The notes beneath the pieces are model-generated. The model made no database searches. It had not been told where the DNA came from and saw nothing but the letters and a program-made list of their open reading frames with translations. The position numbers were made by a program, and so were the translations under genes. A stretch of 64,000 bases of DNA, taken from assembly GCA_963840895.1 (NCBI GenBank), contig CAWJAR010000014.1, forward strand, positions 2,306-66,305, given 5' to 3'. Each line of letters opens with the position of its first letter. Position 1 is the first letter of the stretch. Of the stretch, positions 46,432 through 55,508 are shown in pieces. Origin of the DNA: an uncultured Acidobacteriaceae bacterium (GTDB taxonomy: Bacteria; Acidobacteriota; Terriglobia; Terriglobales; Acidobacteriaceae).

Positions 46432-47256
46432 TCAGATTGGCTTGTACGTAACGGAAACGGATTTTGTCTGGCCGGGTCGAATATCGAGATTGAAGTAGTG
46501 GAGAAGGGAACCATCGCCCTGAAAGAACCCTTGCTGTCCACCAGACTGGCCGAAGGGCTTGCAGGGATCGGGGCCGTCGGGATTGGTTTGTACCAGGGAG
46601 AAGTGGAAGTCGAACTGGGCGGTCAGAAAAGCTGCCGTCGCCATAAGCCCGTTGAGACCTCCTTCTGCCGTGCCGAACGCCGTGGTTCCGGAGGTATCGA
46701 AGTCGTTGAAGGTGCTTCCAGAGGCATCGACGTTGACGTGGCGCATCACAACCACGATATCGTCCGCGTTGGTAAGGTTGGTTACGGCCATCGTGATCCG
46801 AGCAGCACCGTAGCCAAGATTCGAACCCGGCATCATGGCGATTGTCTGCACCAGTCTCCAGGCATGGTCTGCGGTGGTCCGCGTGATGGTCACTGAGTTC
46901 GTGCCAGCGACCGCTGTGGCAGTCCCCCAATTGCCACTGTCGCTGTTGGCGTAATCCCAGTACGAAGTCAGCGAATCCACGTTGCAGATGCCGTAGCCTT
47001 CGGAAGCGGGGGCGACGCCATTGAGCATTTCCATGAGTAGACCGCTGTCGCCGGTGACGCCGAATTCGGCAATATTGCCGTTGGCGGTTACGCAATACTG
47101 CGTGTGTCCGTGTTTCGCTCCGGTTGTGAAGTTGAAGGCGCAGGTTTCACTTGCGGACTGACCCTGGGCAGCAGAGTTGAGGGGTCGTTGTTGGGCAAAT
47201 GCCAGCGAGCAGAGTAGGACCGCCACGCTGGTCCCGAGCGTTACAAGTTTCGACAT
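46432..47256 (-). CDS. secreted hypothetical protein
   Basis: Signal peptide MSKLVTLGTSVAVLLCSLAFAQQ. The composition looks like a beta-rich secreted protein. Confidence 0.5.
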   Translation of the reverse strand: MSKLVTLGTSVAVLLCSLAFAQQRPLNSAAQGQSASETCAFNFTTGAKHGHTQYCVTANGNIAEFGVTGDSGLLMEMLNGVAPASEGYGICNVDSLTSYWDYANSDSGNWGTATAVAGTNSVTITRTTADHAWRLVQTIAMMPGSNLGYGAARITMAVTNLTNADDIVVVMRHVNVDASGSTFNDFDTSGTTAFGTAEGGLNGLMATAAFLTAQFDFHFSLVQTNPDGPDPCKPFGQSGGQQGFFQGDGSLLHYFNLDIRPGQTKSVSVTYKPI

Positions 47257-47577
47257 GGATGGAGCCTCTTTTCGAAATGTTCCAAGTTGCGATAGCTCAG
47301 CACTGACGGTAAAGTAGCGCAGGGTCCAAAACAGTTGTCAAGACCTTGTTAAATCACGGCAAACAATCGTTGACCGCGAAATTTCCTGCGAGGTTCTTCA
47401 ACAATCGGACCACGATCGACCATTGTGTCGTAAAAAACTTTTGACGTGATGACACAAAACCGTTTGCTCGATCGGATGACGCCGCTCCCTTGACCCTTCG
47501 TTCGCGCTACAACGGAAACGGTTTGACTCTGAACTCTGAGTCAGGATAATTGTGCCGGGGGAGTAAACTAGCGCCCT

Positions 47578-47943
47578 ATGCCTCCCACGCTTGGCCACGG
47601 CAAGATTTGCTACCTGCAGATTCCTGCGACGGATGTTGTGCGTTCCGCCGAGTTCTATGAACGAGTCTTCAGCTGGAATATCCGGCAACGTGGAGATGGA
47701 CACACCGCGTTTGACGATGGAGTGGGGGAAGTGAGCGGCGAGTGGGTCTTGGGACGCAGGCCAGCGTCCGAGCCGGGGCTACTGGTGTACATCTGGGTGG
47801 AGAGCGTGGCAGCAACACTCGATGTGATCGTCGCGAATGGCGGCGAGATCGCGCAACCCATCGGAGCCGATGCTCCCGAGATCACGGCAAGATTCCGTGA
47901 TCCCGCGGGAAACGTGATCGGCATCTACCAGGAACCCGACTGA
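47578..47943 (+). CDS. VOC (glyoxalase/bleomycin-resistance) family protein
   Basis: ICYLQIPATDVVRSAEFYERVFSW... and ...RFRDPAGNVIGIYQ. Confidence 0.75.
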   Translation: MPPTLGHGKICYLQIPATDVVRSAEFYERVFSWNIRQRGDGHTAFDDGVGEVSGEWVLGRRPASEPGLLVYIWVESVAATLDVIVANGGEIAQPIGADAPEITARFRDPAGNVIGIYQEPD

Positions 47944-47956
47944 ACTTTTCCCGTCA

Positions 47957-48409
47957 CTATTGCGACTTCTGCTCAGTGTCCGCAGACTTCTTTGCCAGGG
48001 AGCGGACATAGTTCACTAAGTCCCAATTCTCTTCGGGCTTCACCCGCTGGCCTTCGGGAGGCATATCCTCGTGGCCGTTCTTGATGATGTAGAAGATCTC
48101 GCCATCGGTGCGATCCTTGAGCGTCGCCGCGTCGGTGAAATCGACAATCTTCAACTTCATTTCTGCAGCAGTTTCGCCCTTGCCGTTGCCGTCTTTCCCG
48201 TGGCACATGACGCAGTCGAGCGTCCACCACTTTTTGGCGCGGGCCAAAGACTCGGGCGTCGACTTTACCGGATTCGGCTGCTTGGCTGCCTCGACCGGGA
48301 TCGCTGCGTAAGATGGTGTCTTTTGGGTTGATGGGGTTGAGGACTGCTGCGCAGGAAGCGCGGATGCCAGGAAAAAAAGTGCGGGAAGAACCAGTGTGAA
48401 TCTGGACAC
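47957..48409 (-). CDS. class I c-type cytochrome, secreted
   Basis: Heme motif CVMCHG, distal Met in HEDMPP, and a signal peptide. Confidence 0.8.
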   Translation of the reverse strand: MSRFTLVLPALFFLASALPAQQSSTPSTQKTPSYAAIPVEAAKQPNPVKSTPESLARAKKWWTLDCVMCHGKDGNGKGETAAEMKLKIVDFTDAATLKDRTDGEIFYIIKNGHEDMPPEGQRVKPEENWDLVNYVRSLAKKSADTEQKSQ

Positions 48410-48572
48410 AGGAACCTCCTCTTAGATTTTAAGAGTATGTGCTACCACGATTGTAACACCGGGGCTCGGTCCGCTTTCAGCCGATGGGACGTAGGTACCG
48501 CACTGAAGACGGGTGGCTAGAGTATCGGTGGCGCATGCGGAGAAGTAGTTGAGCTACGTCTCTCCGAAGCGA

Positions 48573-49043
48573 TTATTCTTCGTGGGCGAGGGGTTTGCCG
48601 TCGGGATCGACTTGGATTTCTTTTTTCTTTCCGGCCGTTTGCACTTTGGCTTCGTAGGCCACCAGTTTGTCGTGCTTTGTCAGGGACTCGACTTTGACGA
48701 TCTTGCTGCCACCGGCCTTCGCCTGGAGACCTTGTTGCACGGCGGCGGGAAGGGAATCGAGCGCGACCTGTTCTTCGATTTCAACCACTGCGCCATTGGT
48801 ATCCACGAGAACATCCTTGCTGTGGCCGTTCACCGTCATCTCGGCCTCGTAAAAAATCTGCCCGTTTTCCTGTTCCTGAGAAAAGCCCTTAATCGTGGCT
48901 CCCCGGCTCTGTTCGCTCACTGTCTTCTCTACGGCTGGAGGCAGGTCGGTGCGCTGAATTTTCTTCTCTTGTGCTGCGGCACTCGCAGCGAGAAGAATTA
49001 CGATGGCTGCATAGTTTGTCGTGAACATAATCGCCCTGAACAT
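48573..49043 (-). CDS. periplasmic PepSY-like tandem-domain protein
   Basis: Signal peptide, then two repeats of the ...LP.AV...V......G..I......E...G...YE(A)... type. Confidence 0.45.
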   Translation of the reverse strand: MFRAIMFTTNYAAIVILLAASAAAQEKKIQRTDLPPAVEKTVSEQSRGATIKGFSQEQENGQIFYEAEMTVNGHSKDVLVDTNGAVVEIEEQVALDSLPAAVQQGLQAKAGGSKIVKVESLTKHDKLVAYEAKVQTAGKKKEIQVDPDGKPLAHEE

Positions 49044-49406
49044 CTCTTAGAACAGGAGCGGCAGGTTTCGGGGCGCCGCCCCTGATTCCATCTCCAACCA
49101 ACAACACCAGTGATTACACGCCTGCATTCTGAAGATTAGATGAAACAAGTTCAGGAAATTCGGTGCAAGACTTACGGAACTAGGTCTCACCGAAACACGA
49201 TGATTTTTGGTCGCTTCTTTGCAGTCCGGTTTGCGCGGACTTCGGTCGCGTATGATATTTTGCGTCGTCCGGTGGAGTTCAACCCGCAGGCAGCGAGGGC
49301 AACTCGCCCTCGCGACAGCCGGCAGGATACCGGCGTTACGTAATCCGCGCTGCCGACGCATTGCAGTCATAGACTGATTCGCAAGAAAGATGCTTTGCAA
49401 ATAATC

Positions 49407-50516
49407 ATGGACAAGAAATTTCGCGTATTTGCCACCTGCGACATTGGAGAAGCGATTGATGTGCTGCGCAAACGCGGGTATGAGGTGGAAGTGTATCCGC
49501 ATCCGGAGGCGCCGCCGAAGAGCCTGATACTCGACAAAGTGAAGAATGGTGTGGATGGCTTGATTACGACGCTGCGCGACCCGATTGATGCCGAGGTCTT
49601 TGAGGCCGGCAAGCGCACGTTGAAGGTGGTGGCGCAGATCGCGGTGGGTTTCGACAATATCAACCGCGCCGACGCGAACCGCTACAAAATTCCCTTCACC
49701 CACACTGCCGACGTCCTCACCGAGGCGACCGCGGAATTCGCCTTTTTCATGGTGGGAACGCTGGCGCGTAGGATGTGGACGGCCGAGCACCTGACCCGCG
49801 ACCACCAGTGGGGCTATTGGCATCCTTACTTGCCCTTCCTGGGGGATGAAGTCACCGGCAAGACGGTCGCCGTTATCGGAACGGGCCGCATTGGGCTGGC
49901 ATTTATCAAGAAGTGCCTTGGGTTCGACATGAACGTGCTTTGTTATGACCCGGCCTACGAGAACCACGCGTTCGTAAATACCATTCAAGAGATGAATGAC
50001 CTGCGACACGCGCGGGGCTTCACCAAAGAGAAGGCATGGATCAAATACGTCCCGTTTGAAGAGGCGTTGCGGGGAGCCGACTTCGTCAGCGTGCATGTGC
50101 CTCTCTTACGCGAGGGAGAGAGTGCCACCCCCACATATCATTTGTTCAGTGAAAAGACACTGAGTCTGATGAAGGCTACAGGCTATCTAATCAATACATC
50201 GCGAGGTCCGGTGGTGGATGAGCAGGCGTTGGCTCGGGCTTTGCGTGAGAATTGGATCGCCGGCGCGGCCTTGGATGTATACGAGAAAGAGCCCTTGCCA
50301 GCCGATTCTCCGTTGCGCGATCCGGCTATCGCGGACCGGTGCCGGTTGTTGCCGCACTTCGCCAGCGCGGCGAGGATTACGCGATTGTCCGTCGATCCGA
50401 ACAAGGGCATGGCGGGGCGATGCGCGCAGGGACTGATTGATGTGCTGGAGCAGAACTACAACGGAGATATCAGCAAAATGCCTTATGTGGTTAATAAAGA
50501 AGGTTTTACAGAATAG
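49407..50516 (+). CDS. D-isomer-specific 2-hydroxyacid dehydrogenase (glyoxylate/hydroxypyruvate reductase-like)
   Basis: NAD motif GKTVAVIGTGRIGLAF, plus NTSRGPVVDE and the catalytic His region LPHFASA. Confidence 0.85.
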   Translation: MDKKFRVFATCDIGEAIDVLRKRGYEVEVYPHPEAPPKSLILDKVKNGVDGLITTLRDPIDAEVFEAGKRTLKVVAQIAVGFDNINRADANRYKIPFTHTADVLTEATAEFAFFMVGTLARRMWTAEHLTRDHQWGYWHPYLPFLGDEVTGKTVAVIGTGRIGLAFIKKCLGFDMNVLCYDPAYENHAFVNTIQEMNDLRHARGFTKEKAWIKYVPFEEALRGADFVSVHVPLLREGESATPTYHLFSEKTLSLMKATGYLINTSRGPVVDEQALARALRENWIAGAALDVYEKEPLPADSPLRDPAIADRCRLLPHFASAARITRLSVDPNKGMAGRCAQGLIDVLEQNYNGDISKMPYVVNKEGFTE

Positions 50517-50641
50517 TTGCCGTGACAGAGGAATCAGCATCGCTACTGGGTTTGAATAGTCGATAGCGGAAGGTTTGATAGTGCTTAGCGACAGGGATAC
50601 GGTTACAATGTGAGCTCAAGTTGTCGCGCTCAAGGATCCGA

Positions 50642-51253
50642 ATGAATAAACGACTTTTGTGGATTGTTCCAATCCTGCTGCTCTGTGCATCGGCACTTTC
50701 GGCGATGGAAGCCGACGGGCAGCCGCTGTCGAGACTCGTGCCTACTCCCAAGGAAGTTCAGTTGCGCAATGGGGGGTTCGAAGTAGGTCCGCGAACTAAG
50801 ATTTTTGTGCAACTCGGGCATCAGTCCGAGGACCGCATTGCCGCCGAGACCTTGGCAGAAGAAGTCGCGGACCAGTCAGGACTGAAACTCGACATTCTGG
50901 GCATGAAGGCTGCTAGCAAGGCCGAGGATGGGGCGATTGTGCTGGCCCGCCTTCAGGATTCGCGGGTGCGTCGATTCCTGGCGCGCAATGGGCTGAAAGA
51001 CGACTTGGTCGGCGAGAATGGCTACCTGCTCTTCTCCGATAAGTCCCACTTGATTGTGGCGGCGAATACGGGGCAGGGATTGTTTTACGGCGTACAGACC
51101 CTGCGACAGTTGTTGCGGCCAGCAGGCAAAGGCGTAATCTGCCCAGCCGTCGGAATTCGCGATTGGCCGAGCCTTGAGATGCGCAGCACGCGGGGCGACC
51201 TGACGCAAGATGTTCCGCCCGAAGGGTTAAACAATATGTTCCAACGGCATTGA
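50642..51253 (+). CDS. GH20b/GH84-like N-terminal domain protein, apparently lacking the catalytic domain (possible remnant)
   Basis: Signal peptide, then PTPKEVQL..GGF...GYLL...I.A....G.FYGVQTLRQLL...I.DWP. The ORF stops about 20 aa after the point where the TIM-barrel normally begins. Confidence 0.45.
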   Translation: MNKRLLWIVPILLLCASALSAMEADGQPLSRLVPTPKEVQLRNGGFEVGPRTKIFVQLGHQSEDRIAAETLAEEVADQSGLKLDILGMKAASKAEDGAIVLARLQDSRVRRFLARNGLKDDLVGENGYLLFSDKSHLIVAANTGQGLFYGVQTLRQLLRPAGKGVICPAVGIRDWPSLEMRSTRGDLTQDVPPEGLNNMFQRH

Positions 51254-51415
51254 GACGACGCGTTTTTCGAGATAACTTTCATTCTCTTTCAACCGATCCC
51301 GGCGCCAACGCGTCGGGATATTTTGTGCACGGGCTGAGCGCTTCGACTCACCGGATTTCTGCTTCAAAGCTCGCGATTGAGCGATTCTTCCGGCCTATCG
51401 CATAGAATCCCTTCC

Positions 51416-52585
51416 ATGTTTTCCGATCGGACCAATTGGAAGCTGGCGCAGAACCGGTTTACGGTTGCACTGGAACAGGTGCACGCGAGCGGAGTGAAGG
51501 TTCTGGATCTTACGCTTTCGAATCCCACTCGAGCGGGTCTCAATTTCGACGGCGCCTCGATCTTGCGGGCGCTGGCCTCACCGCAGGCTCTCGACTACGA
51601 TCCGCAATCGAAGGGCCTGCGCGAGGCGCGGCAAGCGGTAGCCGGTTACTACCGCGACCAGCACGCGGTCAACGATCTCGATCCCGAACAGATTGTGCTC
51701 ACGACGAGCACCAGCGAAGGGTATTCGTTCGTTTTTCGTCTGCTGTGCAATCCCGGCGACGAATTGCTGGTGCCGAAGCCGAGCTACCCACTGTTTGAGT
51801 TTCTGGCGGATTTGCAGGATGTAAAGCTGGCGCCTTATCCCCTGATTTATGACCACGGGTGGCAGATGGATTTTCCGTCGCTGCAGAAAGCGGTCACCGA
51901 GAGAACGCGGGGCGTTGTGCTTGTCCATCCGAATAATCCAACAGGATCGTACGTGCACGATACCGAATTCAAAATGCTGAACGCGTTTTGCAGAGAGCAC
52001 AAGCTTGCAATCATCGCAGACGAAGTGTTTCTGGATTATGAGTTGACTGGCAGCGCGCACCGAAGCTTTGCCGGCAATCGGGAAGTGTTAACGTTCACGC
52101 TCAGCGGGTTGTCGAAGGTTGCGGCCCTGCCCCAGATGAAGGTGGCGTGGGTGGTGACCAGCGGGCCTCGCGAATTGGAATCCGACGCAAGTGGTCGGCT
52201 GGAGGTCATTGCCGATACCTACCTCTCGATGAACGCCCCGATTCAGTGGGCCATCCCTGCGTTGTTGGCACAGCGTACCGACATTCAAAAGCAGTTGCAG
52301 GAGCGGGTAAAAGAAAATCTTGCGGAACTCGATCGGCAACTGGCGGGGCAGAAAGCGTGCGCTCGGCTGGTCGTCGAGGGCGGATGGTACGCGGTCTTGC
52401 GCGTTCCAGTCACGAGTTCTGATGAAGAACTGACCATCGAGTTGGTACGGGAGAAGCAGGTGCTGGTGCATCCCGGGCACTTTTATGATTTTCCCAGAGA
52501 TGGGTATTTGGTCTTGAGTTTGATTACGCCGCCGAAGGAATTCGCGGAAGGGATACGACTCGTTCTCGCCAAGCTGAACTCCTGA
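51416..52585 (+). CDS. class I/II PLP-dependent aminotransferase
   Basis: MFSDRTNW...N N-terminus typical of the family, NPNNPTG, and the PLP-Lys region SGLSKV. Confidence 0.85.
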   Translation: MFSDRTNWKLAQNRFTVALEQVHASGVKVLDLTLSNPTRAGLNFDGASILRALASPQALDYDPQSKGLREARQAVAGYYRDQHAVNDLDPEQIVLTTSTSEGYSFVFRLLCNPGDELLVPKPSYPLFEFLADLQDVKLAPYPLIYDHGWQMDFPSLQKAVTERTRGVVLVHPNNPTGSYVHDTEFKMLNAFCREHKLAIIADEVFLDYELTGSAHRSFAGNREVLTFTLSGLSKVAALPQMKVAWVVTSGPRELESDASGRLEVIADTYLSMNAPIQWAIPALLAQRTDIQKQLQERVKENLAELDRQLAGQKACARLVVEGGWYAVLRVPVTSSDEELTIELVREKQVLVHPGHFYDFPRDGYLVLSLITPPKEFAEGIRLVLAKLNS

Positions 52586-52676
52586 TTGCCACCACCTACC
52601 GCTAGCAGCGCGGATTTAGCCCCAACCCGGCGCCGACCAATGGCATCTTAAGTAGGCCATTGCTGGAGGAAAAAAC

Positions 52677-53006
52677 ATGCATCGTGGAAATAAATATTTG
52701 GCTTCACTTTTTGTATCCGCGGCACTCATGGCGCCCTTAGGTGCTTTTGCCATCGCCGCACCTCAGGACGATCACGAGCGACACGAACAAGAGGAGCACG
52801 AGCGCCGCGAACAGGGGCGCGTCTACGATCCCTATCACAAGGACTATCACAACTGGGATCAACGCGAGAACGAAGTCTACCGGCGCTGGCTCGACGAGCG
52901 GCACGAAGGCTATGTGGATTATCAGCGGTTGAAGCACAAAGAGCAGAAGGAGTACTGGCAATGGCGCCACGAGCACGAAGAACACGAGCGCATGGAGCAT
53001 CAATAA
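52677..53006 (+). CDS. secreted His/Glu/Arg-rich small protein
   Basis: Signal peptide ...LMAPLGAFAIAAP, then HERHEQEEHERREQ ... HEHEEHERMEHQ. GGAGGA lies upstream. Confidence 0.55.
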   Translation: MHRGNKYLASLFVSAALMAPLGAFAIAAPQDDHERHEQEEHERREQGRVYDPYHKDYHNWDQRENEVYRRWLDERHEGYVDYQRLKHKEQKEYWQWRHEHEEHERMEHQ

Positions 53007-53069
53007 CTGATCGTGCGTGTGATCCGGAACGGCGGAGAACAATCTCCGCCGTTTGTGTTTCTGGTTGGT

Positions 53070-53702
53070 TCACCTTCTAACGAGAAATGGATTGGTCTCG
53101 CGCTCTTCGCCGATCGTGGTTAGCGGCCCGTGCCCGGGAATCACAACCGTTTCGTCCGGCAACGCCAGCAATGTGTGGTGCAGGGAACTCAGGATTTTCT
53201 GCATCGAGCCGCCAGGCAAATCGGTTCGGCCAATCGAGCCCGCAAATAGGGTATCGCCGGCAATCAATTTTTTCTCCGCAGGGAAGTAAAGGCAGATGCT
53301 GCCTTGCGTATGCCCCGGCGTATGCAGGATGTCGGCGCTAAGCGATCCGGCGGTGACGGTTTCGCCTGTGGTGACGCTGCCGTCGATGTCGACTTTTCCG
53401 GGCGACGGCATGCCCACCCACGCGGCCTGCGCGTCGAGCATCTGCAAGAGATCGTAGTCATTCTGGTTGAGCAAAATTGGGGCGCCGGTCGCCGCGCGCA
53501 GTTTCATCGCTCCGCCGACGTGATCGATATGCGCATGCGTGATCACGATCTGATTGACCTGGAGGTTGTGTTTTCCGACGATCACGAGAATTTCCTGAAT
53601 GTTATCGCCTGGATCGATGACCATCGCTTCGCGAGTCGTTTCGTCGCCAATGATGGAGCAGTTGCACTGCAAAGGACCGACCGGAAGAATTTCGTGGATC
53701 AT
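53070..53702 (-). CDS. MBL-fold metallo-hydrolase (glyoxalase II-like)
   Basis: THAHIDHVGG metal motif, HTPGHT, GDTLF. I prefer ATG 53702 (MIHEILPVGPLQCNC...); the 423-aa track ORF is an unsupported upstream extension. Confidence 0.85.
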   Translation of the reverse strand: MIHEILPVGPLQCNCSIIGDETTREAMVIDPGDNIQEILVIVGKHNLQVNQIVITHAHIDHVGGAMKLRAATGAPILLNQNDYDLLQMLDAQAAWVGMPSPGKVDIDGSVTTGETVTAGSLSADILHTPGHTQGSICLYFPAEKKLIAGDTLFAGSIGRTDLPGGSMQKILSSLHHTLLALPDETVVIPGHGPLTTIGEERETNPFLVRR

Positions 53703-53882
53703 GCCGTTATTGTATGACGAGCCTTGACGCTGATGGATGCCGGAGATGCCTTCGGAGCAAGCGCTGATAACCGGGCCACACAGAAATCCGCCCCCGCATG
53801 ACAATCTGCCTGTTAAATTGGACGATACTTGCGGTAAGTCGCGCCTCGGGTACACAATACGGCGCGTGCTTGGGAGGAGTTT

Positions 53883-54317
53883 GTGGCGGCAAAATATCGA
53901 CAACATGGATATCAGGATCGCGATCACGAGTCGCGAAAGGGTGGTGGAGAAAAGCCAAGCGGAGCTCCACCGCCGAAACGAGATAACAGTTTTGGGCCGC
54001 GGCCCGTCAATCTGCCCGGCACTCGCGCGGTTTCGCGGTGTACACAGTGCGGCACGGTCCTGCAGGGAATGCCGACCACAGGCCAGTGCCCCAAGTGTGG
54101 CTTCGAACTGCATTCGTGCAAGCAGTGCACGTATTTCGATCCGGGAAGCCGCTTTGAATGCATGCAGCCTGTCAAGGAGCGAATCCCCAAGAAGGATGCG
54201 CGAAATGACTGCACTCTGTTTGAGATTCGCGTGACTCGGGAAAAAGAGACTTCGACTCCGGCCAGCCTGCGTCCCAATGATGCCCGGCAGGCCTTCGAGA
54301 ATTTGTTCAAGAAATAG
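53883..54317 (+). CDS. zinc-ribbon hypothetical protein
   Basis: CTQCG...CPKCG...CKQC...C pattern. GGGAGGAG lies 5 nt before GTG 53883. Confidence 0.5.
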   Translation: MAAKYRQHGYQDRDHESRKGGGEKPSGAPPPKRDNSFGPRPVNLPGTRAVSRCTQCGTVLQGMPTTGQCPKCGFELHSCKQCTYFDPGSRFECMQPVKERIPKKDARNDCTLFEIRVTREKETSTPASLRPNDARQAFENLFKK

Positions 54318-54433
54318 CAGAGTATTCACCACAGGGGACACTGAGGACTCCGCGAACCAAGGCAGCGGAGCTTCCCTCCGCGGACAGCCAGGGGCGACTG
54401 TCCCTACATCTAGAACTTAGAACTTCATTGCCA

Positions 54434-55156
54434 CTAAGGTTTTTGCGTTGGCCTCAGAAGGATCTCGCTGACAAACGATTGCGGCGCTTGCGTTACCAGC
54501 ATAGCGACGGCGTGGGCGACATCATCCGGTTGCAGCATTTTCGCTGGATCCTTGCCGGCATGCGGGCTCAGTTCGGTTTCTGTGGAACCCGGACAAACCA
54601 CAGACGCTCGGATATTGTGCGGGCGAAGTTCCTCGGCGACGGAATAGGTCAAGCCGTTGAGCCCCCACTTCGAAGCGGCATACGCGGCCCCGTTGGGGAG
54701 GGCATTCTTTCCGGCGAGAGACGAGATATTGATGACATGCCCTGAGCGCGCTCGGATCATCAGCGGTACGAAGGCCCGGATGGCAAAGTAAACGCCACGC
54801 AGATTCGTGTTGAGAACACGCTCCCATTCTTCCGGCGCAAACTTGTGCAGGGGCTGGGTGAAGGCCCCGACCCCGGCATTGTTGACGAGAATGTCGAGGC
54901 GCCCCCAGGTGCTGTCGACGCGGGCGGCGGCGTATTCCAGTTGATGCAGCACCGTGACGTCGCAAGGAATCACCTCAGTCTTGCCCCCGGCGTTCGCGAT
55001 CGCCTGCGCGGTTGCGTCGAGCGCTGACTGGGTGCGCCCGCACAAAACCGTCGTCGCGCCGAGCTGGGCGAGTTTGCGGGCGATGGCGGCGCCGATCCCG
55101 CGGCCTGCGCCGGTTACCACCGCGACCTGCCCGACTAACGGTTGCCCGGTGTCCAT
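54434..55156 (-). CDS. SDR family oxidoreductase
   Basis: VAVVTGAGRGIGAAIA, NNAG, YAASKWG. Confidence 0.9.
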   Translation of the reverse strand: MDTGQPLVGQVAVVTGAGRGIGAAIARKLAQLGATTVLCGRTQSALDATAQAIANAGGKTEVIPCDVTVLHQLEYAAARVDSTWGRLDILVNNAGVGAFTQPLHKFAPEEWERVLNTNLRGVYFAIRAFVPLMIRARSGHVINISSLAGKNALPNGAAYAASKWGLNGLTYSVAEELRPHNIRASVVCPGSTETELSPHAGKDPAKMLQPDDVAHAVAMLVTQAPQSFVSEILLRPTQKP

Positions 55157-55508
55157 AGAAGATGTCTCCTACCTGTTCGTTTTACTAGTTGTTTTAATGG
55201 ACGCGACGGGCAAAATGGAAGAACATCCGCCCTGTCAGCTATCCGCATCTTAACAATAAAGTGGAGGGCGAATGGAAGTCGCTTGCCTTCGGAAGAAGAG
55301 GTACTTATAATCCGGCCAACCGGGAAAAACGGTCAAGGCGCCTTTGTGTTCCAGCAAGGCACCACTTTTCCCGGGCACCTGCCAGGAAACCGGGCATTCC
55401 AAAGCAGGATCCGGACGAGACGCGGTCCAGATGGAATGCAGTTGCTGCTCAGCGTTAAAGAATACGTTTCCCGAAAGCCATTTTCCAACGATCCAAGGAG
55501 CCATACTG

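Noticed and set aside
46379-47095. 238-aa minus-strand ORF overlapping 46432-47256 in another frame.
   Set aside because: Its translation is extremely Arg/His/Gln-rich. The competing frame has a clean signal peptide and a secreted-protein composition.
47285-47335. tRNA-like string gatagctcagc, which resembles a D-loop.
   Set aside because: There is no complementary D-stem 3' strand, no T-arm (GTTCRA) and no acceptor pairing. It cannot be folded into a cloverleaf.
53703-54341. Upstream 213-aa extension of the MBL hydrolase ORF (423-aa track ORF 53070-54341, minus strand).
   Set aside because: The MBL fold begins at the internal Met (MIHEILPVG..., ATG 53702). The extension has no protein-like features. 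It overlaps a plus-strand zinc-ribbon ORF that has a strong GGGAGGAG Shine-Dalgarno.
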